Shown in pieces: positions 1 through 12,611 of a stretch of 64,000 nt of DNA (the first letter of the stretch is position 1; each line of letters begins with the position of its first letter). Origin of the DNA: Fistulifera solaris (Eukaryota). The DNA is taken from NCBI GenBank assembly GCA_030295235.1, contig AP026162.1, positions 620,001 through 684,000 on the forward strand, in the 5' to 3' direction. The notes under the pieces are model-generated. The model was given only the letters and a program-made list of their open reading frames with translations, made no database searches and was not told the origin of the DNA. Made by a program: the position numbers and the translations under genes.

Positions 1-1328
1 GTGTGCTGGTCGTATATTAATTGAGGTCCTTCCAGAGGAAACTGCAAAACATCATTGCCTGGATTATGATTTGGAATTATAGCGCACGATAGACTCATAG
101 CCAGCCAAACGATCAGTCGCCAAATAATGGCCGTACAGAAAATCTTCTGGCGATTGCATTGATTCGAAAAAGTTAAAAAGCGCTCCGCGAGACCTTTCCT
201 TTTCAACCGTGTTCTGCGAAGACTCATTATTGTTTGACAGGCGTCACTGTGAAAAAGATCACAACATTATTTCATTGACGATGATCATTCAATTTTTTCA
301 CAACCAGACGAGCAGTTCGCGCATCCGGGTTTCTACTTACTCCTATGCATCCGTCGTCAACATGTCTCGAGTGAATACTATGGACAAAAATGTAGATTAC
401 CTTTTTCATGACTGCATTGTTTCAGCATCTTCATGTTCCGAGCCAGATTCTACCTACAGTAACCTTTGCTAGTTTTGCTAAAGTGTAAGGCTTCAAATGT
501 CTTTCCTATCGTGGACGTCCCTCTAGCAGCATTTGCAATGCGCACTTTGGATCTCTACGTTGAAAAGGTTTGCAATTTATTTTTTCCTTTTCATTACTAT
601 CGACCAAAGTGTTGGTTTACGAGACTGTGAGGAGTTTTTTTTATTCTTCCGAGCCAGACTGCTACCTAACTGCCGCTCGTTCTGCAAGTCTGCAAGCTTG
701 TTGAGCTCTATCGTTTGATCACAATCCAATACACTTAGCAGCGTTTGCACTGCATGAATCGTTTCTTCAAGACGAAAAACCTTGGGAGTTGTTGTATTTA
801 GTATTTTACTATAGACCAAAGTGTGGCATCCTCTTTTCCACGACTGCGTTTCAGTCACGAGACATTTCACGAAAAGACACGTACGTTTGCATTTTATTGC
901 GCTCAGCAACAACAAACGTATGCCTTAATGTCGTTGCTCATTGTTTGTTCTTCGATTATATAGATCGCTTGTAGAGGCTAGAGACTCTGTTGACTAATTA
1001 TAATACAATGCGCTAGAGGCGAATGAATAAATGGAGGGAGTTATTGCGGTCACGGACGTAAAAAGAGCCCTAACAAAATTAATCAGAACAAGTCTTGAAC
1101 AATAGTACCTGAAACACTCTACTACTATGCTAGCTATACTGCGGATTGCACTGGTACGGTACTTGCACCCCACCTCCGTGACCCCTTTCTCATTCTCGGA
1201 GAATAATGAATCAGTCCCCACCCTTTTTTCATTTCATTTTGCAATGCATCTGAGTAACTTTATTGTGTTGTCAACCCGTTTCATAAACACGGAGTCATTA
1301 ATAAAAAGTCCAACAATAGTCAATACAA

Positions 1329-2942
1329 ATGAGGACTTGCTTTTTAGCGGTTTTTCTACTATCATGGACGCGCCCTTCGACCGCGTTCGCTCCTCGTCCA
1401 GTTTCCACTCGATGTTGTAAAACACGTCTTCCGGTATTCTCATCGGGCAATGGAGATGGAGCGAGGCGAAAAAAAGAAATCACTGTCCGACCGAACACCG
1501 CAGGAAGCTATCACGTTGATACAAGATATTTTGAAAGCTGCCATCGAAGCGGGTCCGCGGGCTGGACCCGCTCGAACGTTGCAGGCCTATCGCGCCTTTG
1601 CCACCACAACACAAGAATTCTTACCGAAATTGCTGTCGCAACCCTCCAGTGTCGCATTGCCAGCTGTGTTACGGACATTATTTGAACGCATGGGTGCCAC
1701 GTACATCAAATTAGGACAATTCATTGCGAGTAGCCCCACACTCTTCCCCAAGGAATATGTTGTCGAATTTCAAAAATGCCTCGATCAGACCGAACCTCTC
1801 CCGTGGTCTACCATCAAAGAAGTGATTGAAAAGAACTAGGGCCCATTTCGAATACTTTTTCCAGCATTGATCAGACACCGCTCGCATCTGCCAGTATCGC
1901 GCAAGTCCACGTGGCGACGTTGAAGTCGACGGGGGAAGAAGTTGTCATCAAAGTACAAAAGCCGCGAATTGACGAGTGTCTGCAGGCCGATTTGGGGTTC
2001 TTGTACGTTTCCGCTCGTGTTCTCGAATTTTTACAACCCGATTGGGAACGCACGAGTTTATCGGCCGTCGCAGGGGACATTCGTCAATCCATGTTGGAAG
2101 AACTCGACTTCGAGAAAGAAGCACGCAACACGATCGAGTTTCGTCGATTTTTACAAGACAACCAGTTACTCAAACAAGCTACCGCTCCTCGTGTGTTCAC
2201 CGAACTGACGACTCGCAAAGTGATGGTCATGGAGAAATTGAATGGTGTCAGTTTGTTGGATCAAGATACGATTTCGCAAGTCGTCCAAGACCCCGAAATG
2301 GGTACCAACACCATCTTGACAGCTTTGAATATTTGGTCCATGTCCGTTACAAGTATGCCGTGGTTTCATGCCGATGTTCACGCCGGGAATCTTTTGCTAT
2401 TGGAAGATGGCCGTGTGGGTTTTATTGACTTTGGAATTGTGGGTCGCATCAGCGAAAAGGTCTTTCGAGCGGTGACCGAGTTAAGTGCTGCGCTGGTCGC
2501 GAATGACTCCAAGGGTATGGCGCAAGCGTTGTGCAACATGGGCGCCACGGACAAACAAGTGGATATTGCGAAGTTCAGTCAAGACATTGATCGCGTACTG
2601 AAGCGACTGAATGGTGTGGAGACGCAGGTATCGGTATCCGCCATGGCGGATGGGTCTGTCACAGGACGAATTGATGTAGACGACACAGAAATCACGAATC
2701 TGCTGCTCGAGATTGTGGAAGTGACCGAGAACAATGGTCTCAAACTGCCCCGGGAATTCGGATTGCTGGTCAAACAGAGCTTGTATTTTGATCGATATCT
2801 AAAGATTTTGGCCCCGAATGTCGACGTAATGAATGATTCACGAGTGATGATAGGGGGAAAGAGTCGCGACTCAGTCAGTGGCGAGGACGGTCCTATCAAT
2901 GGAGAACGAATTAACGGCAATCAAGTTGTAATTGATGTTTAG
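1329..2942 (+). CDS. ABC1/UbiB-family atypical kinase, predicted plastid-targeted (2 apparent frameshifts)
   Basis: Motifs GATYIKLGQF, PLASASIAQVH, VVIKVQKP, EELDFEKEA, FHADVHAGN, IDFGIVG. N-terminus MRTCFLAVFLLSWTRPSTA-FAP is a signal peptide with an ASAFAP-like site. Frames join by removing one A at 1469-1475 and adding one A at 1829-1832. Confidence 0.9.
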
Positions 2943-3061
2943 AAGGTTTGGGCGCGTGAATTGAAGGTAGAGTACGTCCATAAGAAAATTCTGTTTTTTT
3001 TAGTTTCGATTTTATAAAGACTACGGTAGTGTTTTTGCGCACCGTAAAGGGTTTAAATAAC

Positions 3062-3560
3062 TTATATACCACCTCCCGAATGTCCTCCTTCAAAGTCTTC
3101 ATCCGGCGAGATACTGACCGTTAGGCCTTGTCGTTGCAACCCTAGACAAAATTGTTCCGCCTGTTTCTTCCAAGTTTTTGTAATGGTAGCTTTACCAATC
3201 CCATGTGTCTGCACGCATATTTCGAAAGCAGCTTTTCGATCCAGAGTACCGATCACCTTGGTCAAAGACCGAACGACGTAATTAAATGTGTGCACTTCGT
3301 CGTTGTGCAAAACGACCCGCCACATTTCTTCCTTTTTCTTTTGCTCTTCTGCCTTTGTCTCCGTCTTGTCGATGACTTGTACACTCTTTCCCTTCTTGGT
3401 CGTACTGCTCTTTTCGACAGATGACATGTAAATTGACGTGTCGCTTAGTCGCTGTGGCGACGTTAGTGTCGAAGAGGAGCGCGGAAGCACGGCAAAGCCG
3501 TGCACCGGCGTCAACGACGCCGCCACGAAAAAGTAAAAGTTGAATCGTTCTTGTTAGCAT
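3062..3560 (-). CDS. clpS: ClpS N-degron adaptor, predicted plastid-targeted (1 apparent frameshift)
   Basis: WRVVLHNDEVHTFNYVV...AFEICVQTHGIGKATI is a ClpS core. ATG at 3560 gives MLTRTIQLLLFVAASLTPVHG-FAV after removing one T in the run at about 3528-3532. Confidence 0.85.
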
Positions 3561-4619
3561 TATTGACTGTTGAAGCAATTTTGTCTTCCTTCAGCTGTTG
3601 AATGTAGTGATGAATGAACTAAATGGTTTTGTCTCTCTAAGCTCTATGATAACGATAAGAAAGGTGGAAGTTGAAGACGGCGAGGCAGTTTCGTTTGTTT
3701 TCAAAAACATCCGCGTGGAAGGTCCACAAACAGTTGACCACGTCATGCACGTGAATGTATTCTTTAGTCTCGTCAAATGTCGTCTACACTTGAGGGGTAT
3801 ACTCAAGATGGACGATGGATGATTCGCGAGGATTATCGACGTACAAAAATGAGCGCTGTGCATTGCAAATGCTACTGTAGGCAAATGATTGTGAGGAAGA
3901 CAATAAAGCTCACTAATCGACCAAAACGATTGGTGATTAAAGAGCACTCCGACGACGACTCCTCTTCTCGTCGACATCACCGACTGAGTAGCACAGTTGG
4001 TTACTCTCCGGTTGACGAAACCGGAGGGGGCGAGGTTCGATACGGTGGTTGGTCGATCTTGGCGCCCAGCGCCGTAGATGAGAGTCTTGAGACGATCGGT
4101 GGTCCCCGGTCGTGTCTGAATCAGACAGGAGCCCCTCTGCTCCGATTGTGACCTGGCAACGGTTCGGTGTTCGGTGGATTCCATCCATTTTCCACTGGGT
4201 TAGTTGTGTTTCTCTAACTCGATTAGGGATTCGGTTCTCTTGTAGGGATAGGACGTAAGCATAGTAAATTCTAGCCATTTTTTGACAACTCATGACTGAG
4301 ATCCAGTCGTGGTTATGGTCTTCGTAAACTTTGGTCCAGTCTTACCGGTATCGAGTACTGCAAGTAGTTTTTTTGTAAAAACTCCCCCGATTGATTTTTT
4401 TCTTTGAAAAAACAATTTCGATTTCGATTTCAGTCGAGAAGACGATTGCATCCGAAAGGAAGAAAGGATGAAATACTAAAGATCATTTTAGATCGAAAGG
4501 TCAGAGGAAGTAAAAATGGAAGAGTCGTGATCATTCACTCATTATTGCAAAAAATAAGTGCTCTACGCTTCACGAAATTACGTTTCTTCCCTTTTCGAAT
4601 CCCCGCACTTTCTCGTGTC

Positions 4620-5697
4620 ATGTTCAAGACAACGTTAGGCCCATTCCTACTCCTTTTATTGTCTCATCTTTCTTCCACAGCATTGGCGTTCACCATGAAA
4701 GCGCGTGTGGCTGTGGTTGGTTCGGCCAATCAAGATCTGACCACGTATACAGCGGTTCTTCCGCAAATGGGAGAAAACTGTCACGGGGACGACCTTTGCC
4801 ACTAGTTGTGGAGGGAAGGGATCGAACCAAGCGTGCGCCGCGGCTAGTTTGGGATTGACCCCGGTAACAATGATCTGTCGCATGGGCGATGATGTTTTTG
4901 CGAAGGATCTATTAGCGAACTTTAAGAAGAAGGGCGTACACGTCGATGAGGAAGCGACTATTCTTCAAGGAATTTCGACGGGTGTTGCTAGTATTGTCGT
5001 GGATACAAAAACGGGAGACAACATGATTATTGTGACACCCGGTGCAAACCATCAAATGAAAGCCAGCGATGTTGAGAGGTCGTTGAAAGGTCTCTCGGAA
5101 AAGCCGGCAGCTGTTGTCGTCCAATTGGAAATTTTGAAAGAGGCTGCGTTGGCTGCTTTGAAAACTGGCAGTGAGTTGGGTGCTATAACCATATTGAATC
5201 CTGCTCCTGCACCAGAGGCTGGGGTACTTGACGACTTTTACAAGTATACGGATATCATCATTCCCAACGAAACAGAATTGAGGAAAATCTGCGGAGTTGT
5301 AGAAGATGCCAAGGGCGGTTCTGATATGGAAGAGTACCTTGCCAAGCAGCTTCTTACTGATAGTGGAGTCAGAAAGGCCGTTATTGTGACCTTGGGTGCA
5401 CGAGGTGCGATGGTGGTTGCGAGGGACCAAGAAGGTGCAGACGGAGTTACTGTGTCGTATGTGAATCAACCTGATGATTTGCCCTGCAAGAACGATCCCA
5501 TTGCCGATACTATCGGCGCCGGCGATGCATTCTGTGGAGCGCTTGCTGCTTACCTTTCTTCTGGAGTCGGACTAGAAGAAGCCGCTGCAATGGCTTGTGG
5601 CTTGGCTAGCATGTCGATTCGGCGCACAGGAGCCTCGTACCCATCTCCTGACGAAATACCCGATTGTCTTAAAATTAAGTCAGCGGTCGATTGCTGA
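4620..5697 (+). CDS. rbsK: Ribokinase (PfkB family) with N-terminal signal peptide (1 apparent frameshift)
   Basis: VAVVGSANQD, GGKGSNQA, NPAPA, PNETE, VTLGARGA, DTIGAGDAFCG. Extra A at about 4774-4777. Confidence 0.9.
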
Positions 5698-6348
5698 GAT
5701 GCAGACGAGGGTCCGATACTCTACAAATGGCACATATTTGATAAAGGTGACATAATAATATTCTAATAGAACGCTTTACAAGGATGAATCATTAGGAAAC
5801 CGTAGGTCAAATCTGACCTCAACAAAACCCCCAACTATCATTCAACTTATTGAATAACGAGCCAAGTCTGATTGTCAATCACTTCAGGGTTGAGCAGCTG
5901 TCCATGTTTGACGGATGAAGGGAGACCATTCTAGACCTCACAGATAGAACGCGGAGATCGCTGGAGCATGCACTGATGCGCAATGTTTTTCACACTTCTT
6001 CATTAGTTGCTACAGTACTCCGTACCAACTAACCGAGTTACTTGCTGTTGCACTTAAGGAAGTACCATGTGAAGATTTTAACAAGTATAATATAAGTAGA
6101 GCAGATATAGTCGATGTGTGAAAATTGTTTAGGCTAAATGTAAGGAGTGTGGTTCTTTTGAAGGATCAAAAAAGGAAAGTCGGGGCTTGTTATGTCTCAT
6201 CGCTCATCGCCATTGTATACAGATTGTGGCATAGGAACGGTAGAATTGAACGCTTTTTTAGAGGCTCAAACCAAGGAATGCGTCTTCGGCTTCTTGTAAG
6301 AGTCCTCCGGTAGACTCATCCGGTACGCGCAAGAGAAAGCCTTTGAGT

Positions 6349-6909
6349 TCATTCGCCGGCGCGCTCTGAGTGTACACAGGAAATCGCGTTGACTTGACGC
6401 GACTTGACAGTTTTATAGGGGTGAAATTGGCGAGGATTTTGTCGAAATTGCGACCGGGGGGAAGGACACCCAGGCACAAAGCTTGTCTCGCACAAAGACA
6501 GATCATGCATTTGCGTGAAAGGCATACCTTCATCTGACACAGTGGATGGGCACAACATATCAACAAAGTGTCCCCAAGGAGAAGGGGAATTCGGTTGAGA
6601 TCCTGGTTGATATTCCGTGTTGTATCTCCTTGGGGCGAGCTTGATTGAATCATCGCTCTCATTGAAGGAGGGACTTGAAGCGAGTTCGGAAAGCTTCATG
6701 CTAGAACTCCGCCGCCTCAATCGATTCACAGAACTATTCTGACCATCTATTGTCGGTGAGCTCGGTTCACTCGACACTTGTCGAATATCCTCATCTGATA
6801 CCATACGTGCTGCGGCGTCACGCGTGAGTAAATCAGCGGGGAAATCGAGCCAACACTGAGACAGGTCTTGTTGGCGTTGGTGGCGGCGCTTTAGGCAGAG
6901 TTTGGGCAT
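6349..6909 (-). CDS. Hypothetical Ser-rich protein with SPWGHFVD motif
   Basis: Intact 186-aa ATG-initiated ORF preceded by an A-rich leader. The SPWGxFxD-type motif is one I associate with diatom hypothetical proteins. Confidence 0.6.
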   Translation of the reverse strand: MPKLCLKRRHQRQQDLSQCWLDFPADLLTRDAAARMVSDEDIRQVSSEPSSPTIDGQNSSVNRLRRRSSSMKLSELASSPSFNESDDSIKLAPRRYNTEYQPGSQPNSPSPWGHFVDMLCPSTVSDEGMPFTQMHDLSLCETSFVPGCPSPRSQFRQNPRQFHPYKTVKSRQVNAISCVHSERAGE

Positions 6910-7437
6910 TGCGCTTGTGATGTATATTTGTTATTTATCTTTATGGGGTATTGAAAGCTCTCTTCACCGAGAAGATGTGTCCTCTTTTATTGCCTTTCCT
7001 GTGCCTTGCTTTTGATGTCAAGATTCAAGATGTGTTCAACAATGGTGTGATGCGACGTGATTGCGCAGAACACCCACGTCAACAAAATTCACCAATGGAA
7101 CGAACTGTGTCAAGAAAAGGAACAGTCGTGTCTTAAGTCATCTGGGAGTTCTATGATGAAGAAATGATCCGTTGCCTCATCGTGCTTTGACAGTGCTCGA
7201 CAATCTCCCCGGTAAGAGTTTATTAGCGGATGACCATTTTCTGAGTTCACTAATCTAAAATGTACCACAATATCAGAAACGCGACAATTTTGTGAGGCAT
7301 TGAGTACCGTTTTACAGTACGTGAGCAGAAACGTTATTGACAGCGACTTTATTCTGAATCATCATCCAGATTCTTACCAGATTTGGGAGCCAAGATCCAA
7401 GATGTCAAGCGTTTTACTTGAGACAAGCAGGACGCAC

Positions 7438-7458
7438 GACGACGACGACGACGACGAC
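7438..7458. repeat. (GAC)7 microsatellite
   Basis: Seven perfect GAC units in intergenic DNA. Confidence 0.9.
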
Positions 7459-8229
7459 ATGACATCAAGAATCCAGAATTCCTTTGGTCTCGATTCTTCT
7501 TGATGTCGACATGGCATTTGGCCGACGACAAGGCCGATAGCTGAAGTACAACTCACCCTACTACGCTTCCCATACTATGATTCAAAAATGCATGACGCTT
7601 CGAGATTCGGGCTAAATGTAAATACTGTAATGCAGAAACGGGAGACAGACGACAGACGAAGTTTTATCCGTGACTGATGGTATTCGTGAATCTTGAGTGG
7701 GAGAAGGCTCACAACTCACAACCATTTACAGAGCATCTGTTGCTGGGCGCTGGTCCCATTGCTAGATCCTAATCAAATAATGATATTGTGTTCTACATAC
7801 TGTTTGAACGTAGTTTACACCATAATTTTTATCGGCAAGATATTGTGACTGAGAATGGGTCAAGCGGGGAAAAGGGTCCTTGTTTCATTCAAAAAGTAAT
7901 TGACTCCATAACTAAGCTTTATTTTCTATTTAGTCTAAAGTAGTTACAATCACCCAAAACTAGACTATGTGAAGCGTGAACTTGTAATAATAAACCCACC
8001 GCCCACCGCCCACCGCCAAGCTACAAAGTACAAAGAACGTAGTCCGGGCGTCTGTCTGTCTACCGGTACTCATTATTCACCGCAACGTCAACAAGGCCAC
8101 GCAATGCGAAAAACGCAACACACCTTTCATTCTCAAGTGGCGATCAGAGATTCACAGAAAAACACCCATTGAATCTATAATTACCCGAAATTGATAATTC
8201 GTAATAACTTATTGTGTATGCTACAGAAA

Positions 8230-9408
8230 ATGGACGAAGAAAAAGCAATATTATTGAGCAAGGACTACGGTAGCACCGCATCCTTGACGCCCGCCTCGAC
8301 CAAACGATGTTTTGAAGAGTCGGAACAGGCCGGTTCGGTAACATCCGCGGAAAGCAACGAATCGATCATTGTCGCTGGATTTCATATTCCTTCCTTGCGG
8401 ACGATAGCGATTCAGCTTTCGCTTTATGTGAATATTCTAATTACGCTGGCAAAGCTGATAACGTACATTCAGACATTCAGTCTTTCGGTGCTCGCAGCCC
8501 TTCTCGACTCTGTTCTCGATGTGGTTTCGCAAATGGTTCTTTTTCATACTGAAAAGCACAGCTCGTTGCAACGCTCTTCTGCCTTTTATCCAGCTGGAGC
8601 TAGTCGACTGGAACCCATTGGTGTTTTGACATGCGCCGCGTTGATGGGTGTAGCATCCTTTGAGGTACTCAAAGATAGTCTTATGGCTCTCATTTTCAAC
8701 AAGACCGCCATGGATGCGGATGACTTGACGTTGTCGAGTTTCTGGAACATGCTTTCTATTGTTTTGATCAAGGTAGCCCTACTTTATTTGTGTAAGAGGG
8801 CCGCGAATCGAAGAATGCTCCGATCTAGTAGCAGTATGGAAAACGACACGGAATCTAAAACAAAGACGGAAATTGCCGATTCGACGATGGAAGCCTTGGC
8901 TAAAGACCACCTGAATGATGCACTTTCCAACGTTGTCGCCGCATTGGCTCTACTGTGCGCTCTGAAGCAACCTTCTTTGTGGTGGCTCGATCCGGTCGGT
9001 GCTGTCGTTATTTCACTTTACATCATTTATTCATGGTATACCACCGGGAAGGAACAGATTGAACATCTGACGGGCAAAGTTGCACCGGAAGAATTCATTG
9101 AAGATATTGTCAACATGGCCAACGCGTTCGACGATCGCTTAGAAGTTGATCATGTAAGAGCGTATCACTTCGGACCAAAGTTTCTGGTTGAGTTGGAAGT
9201 TGTCATGCCGAAAGAGACATTATTGTTTGAGTCACACGACGTTGGAATGGAGCTGCAGTATGAGATCGAAGGCCGGGAAGAAGTTGAGCGTTGTTTTGTC
9301 CACATTGACTATCAGACGAGGCCTTACGACGAGCATGTTGTCAGCAAAGTACCCGAACTGCGCGAAAAGTATCGACCCCGAAAACTTCGATCAACCCAAA
9401 GCGTTTGA
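8230..9408 (+). CDS. Cation diffusion facilitator, Mn-CDF type (plant MTP8-11-like)
   Basis: DSVLD and DHLND (DxxxD/DxxxD metal site), YPAGASRLEPIG, VRAYHFG, VERCFVHIDY, several TM segments. Alternative ATG at 8218. Confidence 0.9.
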   Translation: MDEEKAILLSKDYGSTASLTPASTKRCFEESEQAGSVTSAESNESIIVAGFHIPSLRTIAIQLSLYVNILITLAKLITYIQTFSLSVLAALLDSVLDVVSQMVLFHTEKHSSLQRSSAFYPAGASRLEPIGVLTCAALMGVASFEVLKDSLMALIFNKTAMDADDLTLSSFWNMLSIVLIKVALLYLCKRAANRRMLRSSSSMENDTESKTKTEIADSTMEALAKDHLNDALSNVVAALALLCALKQPSLWWLDPVGAVVISLYIIYSWYTTGKEQIEHLTGKVAPEEFIEDIVNMANAFDDRLEVDHVRAYHFGPKFLVELEVVMPKETLLFESHDVGMELQYEIEGREEVERCFVHIDYQTRPYDEHVVSKVPELREKYRPRKLRSTQSV

Positions 9409-9745
9409 GGTGACTGTATGCGATGAAGTTCATAGTATCACGAAGTTGAATTCCTATTGTTACATATTAGAATAGAAGCCGAGTAATCGGGGTCATGTTT
9501 TACTGCAGTCGAGATCGAAGTCGTAGGACGTTCAAAAGCGAGGTTAGTCCAGCTGTTAATATCTTATGCCCGCAGCGAGCTGTAGCACACTTCCATTGAC
9601 GCATCAGATGGGTTTCGCATACAACTTGGCAACGCTATACTTCCTAGTAGATAAGCATGAAGACAACATAAAAGATTTACTAGAGGTTACAAAAGCATAC
9701 ATTATAACTTATACGAAGTGGCAGATAACATGATGATCTGTCTAG

Positions 9746-10231
9746 TCAAAATCGTTTGTGCACCATGTGTGGGTGTCGAATGCGTTCCCAAAATCCAACC
9801 TCCATTGCCAGCTCCCGAGAACGCTGAATCTCTCTCACTTCCTCGCGGGTTTGCACAAGCACCTGCTTCGAAGCTCCCGCACTTTGGGCGATTTGTTCGC
9901 GCACGTACGGACTAAGTTTTCGAGCCACTTTTCCAGAAGTGTCGTGTTGGTCCAAGGAAAACGTTTCACACGAGTTGTGGGCCCAGGATAAAGTAAGAGG
10001 AACTCCTTTACTCACTGCCGGATTATCACCGACAATCAGCGAATGAAAGCACACTTTCACAGTTGAGAACTGCACCCTTTTCTTAGGCGACGATTGTTCC
10101 GACATGCTGGTGCTCGATGACGACTTCGCAAGATTAGAACTGCTGACATCGCTATTGGAAGACAAAGCCTTTGCCAGAGGAAGAGGTCTTTTGCGATGGA
10201 GACTTAACATGTTTGTCTTTAGAATGGCCAT
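9746..10231 (-). CDS. Hypothetical protein with RVxF and GDNPxVxxGxPLxLxW motifs
   Basis: ORF contains KKRVQFSTVKV..GDNPAVSKGVPLTLSW. Start codon uncertain. Confidence 0.7.
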   Translation of the reverse strand: MAILKTNMLSLHRKRPLPLAKALSSNSDVSSSNLAKSSSSTSMSEQSSPKKRVQFSTVKVCFHSLIVGDNPAVSKGVPLTLSWAHNSCETFSLDQHDTSGKVARKLSPYVREQIAQSAGASKQVLVQTREEVREIQRSRELAMEVGFWERIRHPHMVHKRF

Positions 10232-10721
10232 GATGATTGTGACGGAATCGTGTTCGTCTCGAGAGTTGAGAAATTTTATGAGCACTTTCGGAATGGATGT
10301 TAATGAGAAAGGCCTCTCGCAAAACGCGGACGCGGACGAGGGAAAAGGAAGGCTTTTTCGTGAGGATTTCCAGCGAACAACACTCGGATGAACACAAAAG
10401 AACCAACAAGGATTCTACATTTGGATTCTATATTCTTATTTTCGGACGTGTTCCTCAGTCATCGGCTCTGAGAACAATTGTGATGCTCATTCGCTGTACC
10501 AGTAAGACATCGTAGAAAATGTACACTGAGGTCTTTACCGGCTCCCGGCTTCACCCGAATCAGCCTAAGGGTTGACGACCTCCTTTTATTTTTTTATTAA
10601 AATAAACAACTATCTCCCAAACTAACAGCATTTAGCATACTTGAGACTAATAGATGCGAATGAGTAAATATTTTTTGTTTATTGACGCAGAAACGATTGT
10701 GGGTGATCATGCAGAGAGCTT

Positions 10722-12611
10722 TTACGGATCTATAGATTTGATTTGAGCGTTTGAAATTGTATGAAACTCGACACCAAGCATCCGTGACCATGACACCAAA
10801 GAAGCCGAATCACTTTCACTCATTATGCTAAACACCTTACCAGGAGTACCTGCTCGTCCAGTTCTTCCAGCTATGTGCGTGTATTCATCTGGACCATTCG
10901 GTCGTCCAAGAACCAAAACATAATCTAGACCGTCCAGATGAAGACCTCGGACGGTGTCTTCACCAGTAACGAGCACGTACCCGCTGCTCGCACTCTTGTC
11001 ATCTTGACGGCGACTTTGTCCAACCCCGTCAGCTCCCGATACTTCTCTGTAGAGCTCAATCATATGATCGGTACCATCCGCTTCTAACGTGTCCAACAGA
11101 TTTTGAGGCTCAGGTTGGCATCCGAAGTGTTTCAATGCACCGATCGAATTTTGCGTATTCATTCCAAATCCTTTGGACAATACCAAGAGAATACGCGCAT
11201 TGCTTTTCACGGCAGTGAGCGACTGAATCACTTGATACGCTGCCGTTAACACCTGACCCGGCGACGAGCCAGCAGTTGGAACAACATAATTCGTCACCGA
11301 ATCAGGGATCGTTACCGCTCTGGTGGTTGCTGCATCTTGCCCAGCGTCTCCAGTACCATCACCAGCACATATTACCGGGGGACACTCCTGTGGTGGAAGT
11401 CCGAGAACACGTGCCAGCTCGCGTCGGAGTGGTCTACCAACGGTGGCACTGGCCGCCACAATTTGCACCCGACCGAGCGTCAATCGAGTTACGGCCGCAC
11501 ATACGACCGCGGCTGGCTTTTCGTGAATTTTCTTGTATTGCTTTTCGGCTCGGCTCTTTTGCACGGCCAACATCCGGTCCACTTCATCCATTACAATGCA
11601 GCGCACATTTTTGAGAAACTCCATGGCCTCGGGTTTTTCGTGTGGGCGGAGCCGGCATCTTCCCCATCTCCGTAGAGCGAATGCATAATAGTCTTGGCAC
11701 TTCCAATAAAGAGCCTAGGTTTTGTACCCAGTTCATCAACATCAATGGGTACACCCCTTTCTTTAGCACCATCGGCCATGAGATCCGTGGGCCTCGAAAT
11801 AAAACGGACAGTTCCCGGAGGAGCCAGCACAGCAGCAATTCCAGCAATTTGCGATGCCAACTCTCTGGTCGGCGCCATAACCACGGCAAACGAGTCTCGG
11901 TCTTGTCCTTGTGTCCATAAGTACTCAGTCAAGGGGGAGAAGAAAAGCCAGTGTCTTTCCAGACCCTGTCTCCGCATGCAAAATACAGGATTCGCCTCGT
12001 ACTAATTGAGGAATGGCCGCGGCTTGAATGGGACTGGGCTTGAAAAATTTGGCCCGACCAAGCGCATCACCGGCAACCGTAGATAACTTCAACCCAGCAA
12101 AATTGATCAGTCGCTCTACTACTACTTTTGTTTCCGGCATTTCGTTGAGTATGTCGTCATCCGCCACCAATTGCTTCAACGGCACGTCCTCGTCGTCTTC
12201 TCCTTTGACAGATTCTCCGTATATTTTTCTCAAATCGTCCGCCGCTAATCGCATCGCCAAATCGGGTTTTCTGCCATTTCTGGGAAGCTTTCTGGTTTTG
12301 AGTTCGACTTTGAGAGAGTTTGCTGCTTGTAAAAGATACTGGCGATAGAGTTTCTCGCGTTCGACGCTGAGAGGATCGTACGGTCCGTTTTCGTCTATTT
12401 TCGGAGCTTGGCGCTGCCGTTTTAGTTTCTCTAAATGCGATGCGGTCTTCTCAAGTGCATCCTGCGCCAAGGGGTCGGATTTGGACGAGGATAAGAAAGT
12501 TAATGGACGGCCTGACAATGGAAGAGCCGGTGAAAAAGCCATCAAATCGCGTGCTAAACACAGCGTGAAAAGGACTCTCAACCTGCGCTTCATGTAATAT
12601 TTCTGCATCAT
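10722..12611 (-). CDS. DEAD-box RNA helicase with SAP-like domain, predicted plastid-targeted (3 apparent frameshifts)
   Basis: Q motif [40 protein letters not shown]. Presequence ..[11 protein letters not shown]. Single extra bases at about 11935, 11663 and 11636 join the frames. Confidence 0.88.

Noticed and set aside
1..960. Possible CDS end at 1-83 and minus-strand ORF 577-915
   Set aside because: Too short or motif-free, and I could not build a consistent spliced model.
4128..4170. Minus-strand GAACCGTTGCCAGGTCACAATCGGAGCAG resembles SRP RNA helix 8 (CAGG..AGCA)
   Set aside because: No GNRA tetraloop, poor flanking pairing, and no Alu domain or long helix in the surrounding sequence. 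An Infernal search with SRP models would settle it.
3591..4293. ORFs 3591-4184 (-), 3777-4151 (+) and 3937-4293 (-)
   Set aside because: No recognisable motifs. They overlap one another in the divergent ClpS/ribokinase promoter region and are likely chance ORFs.
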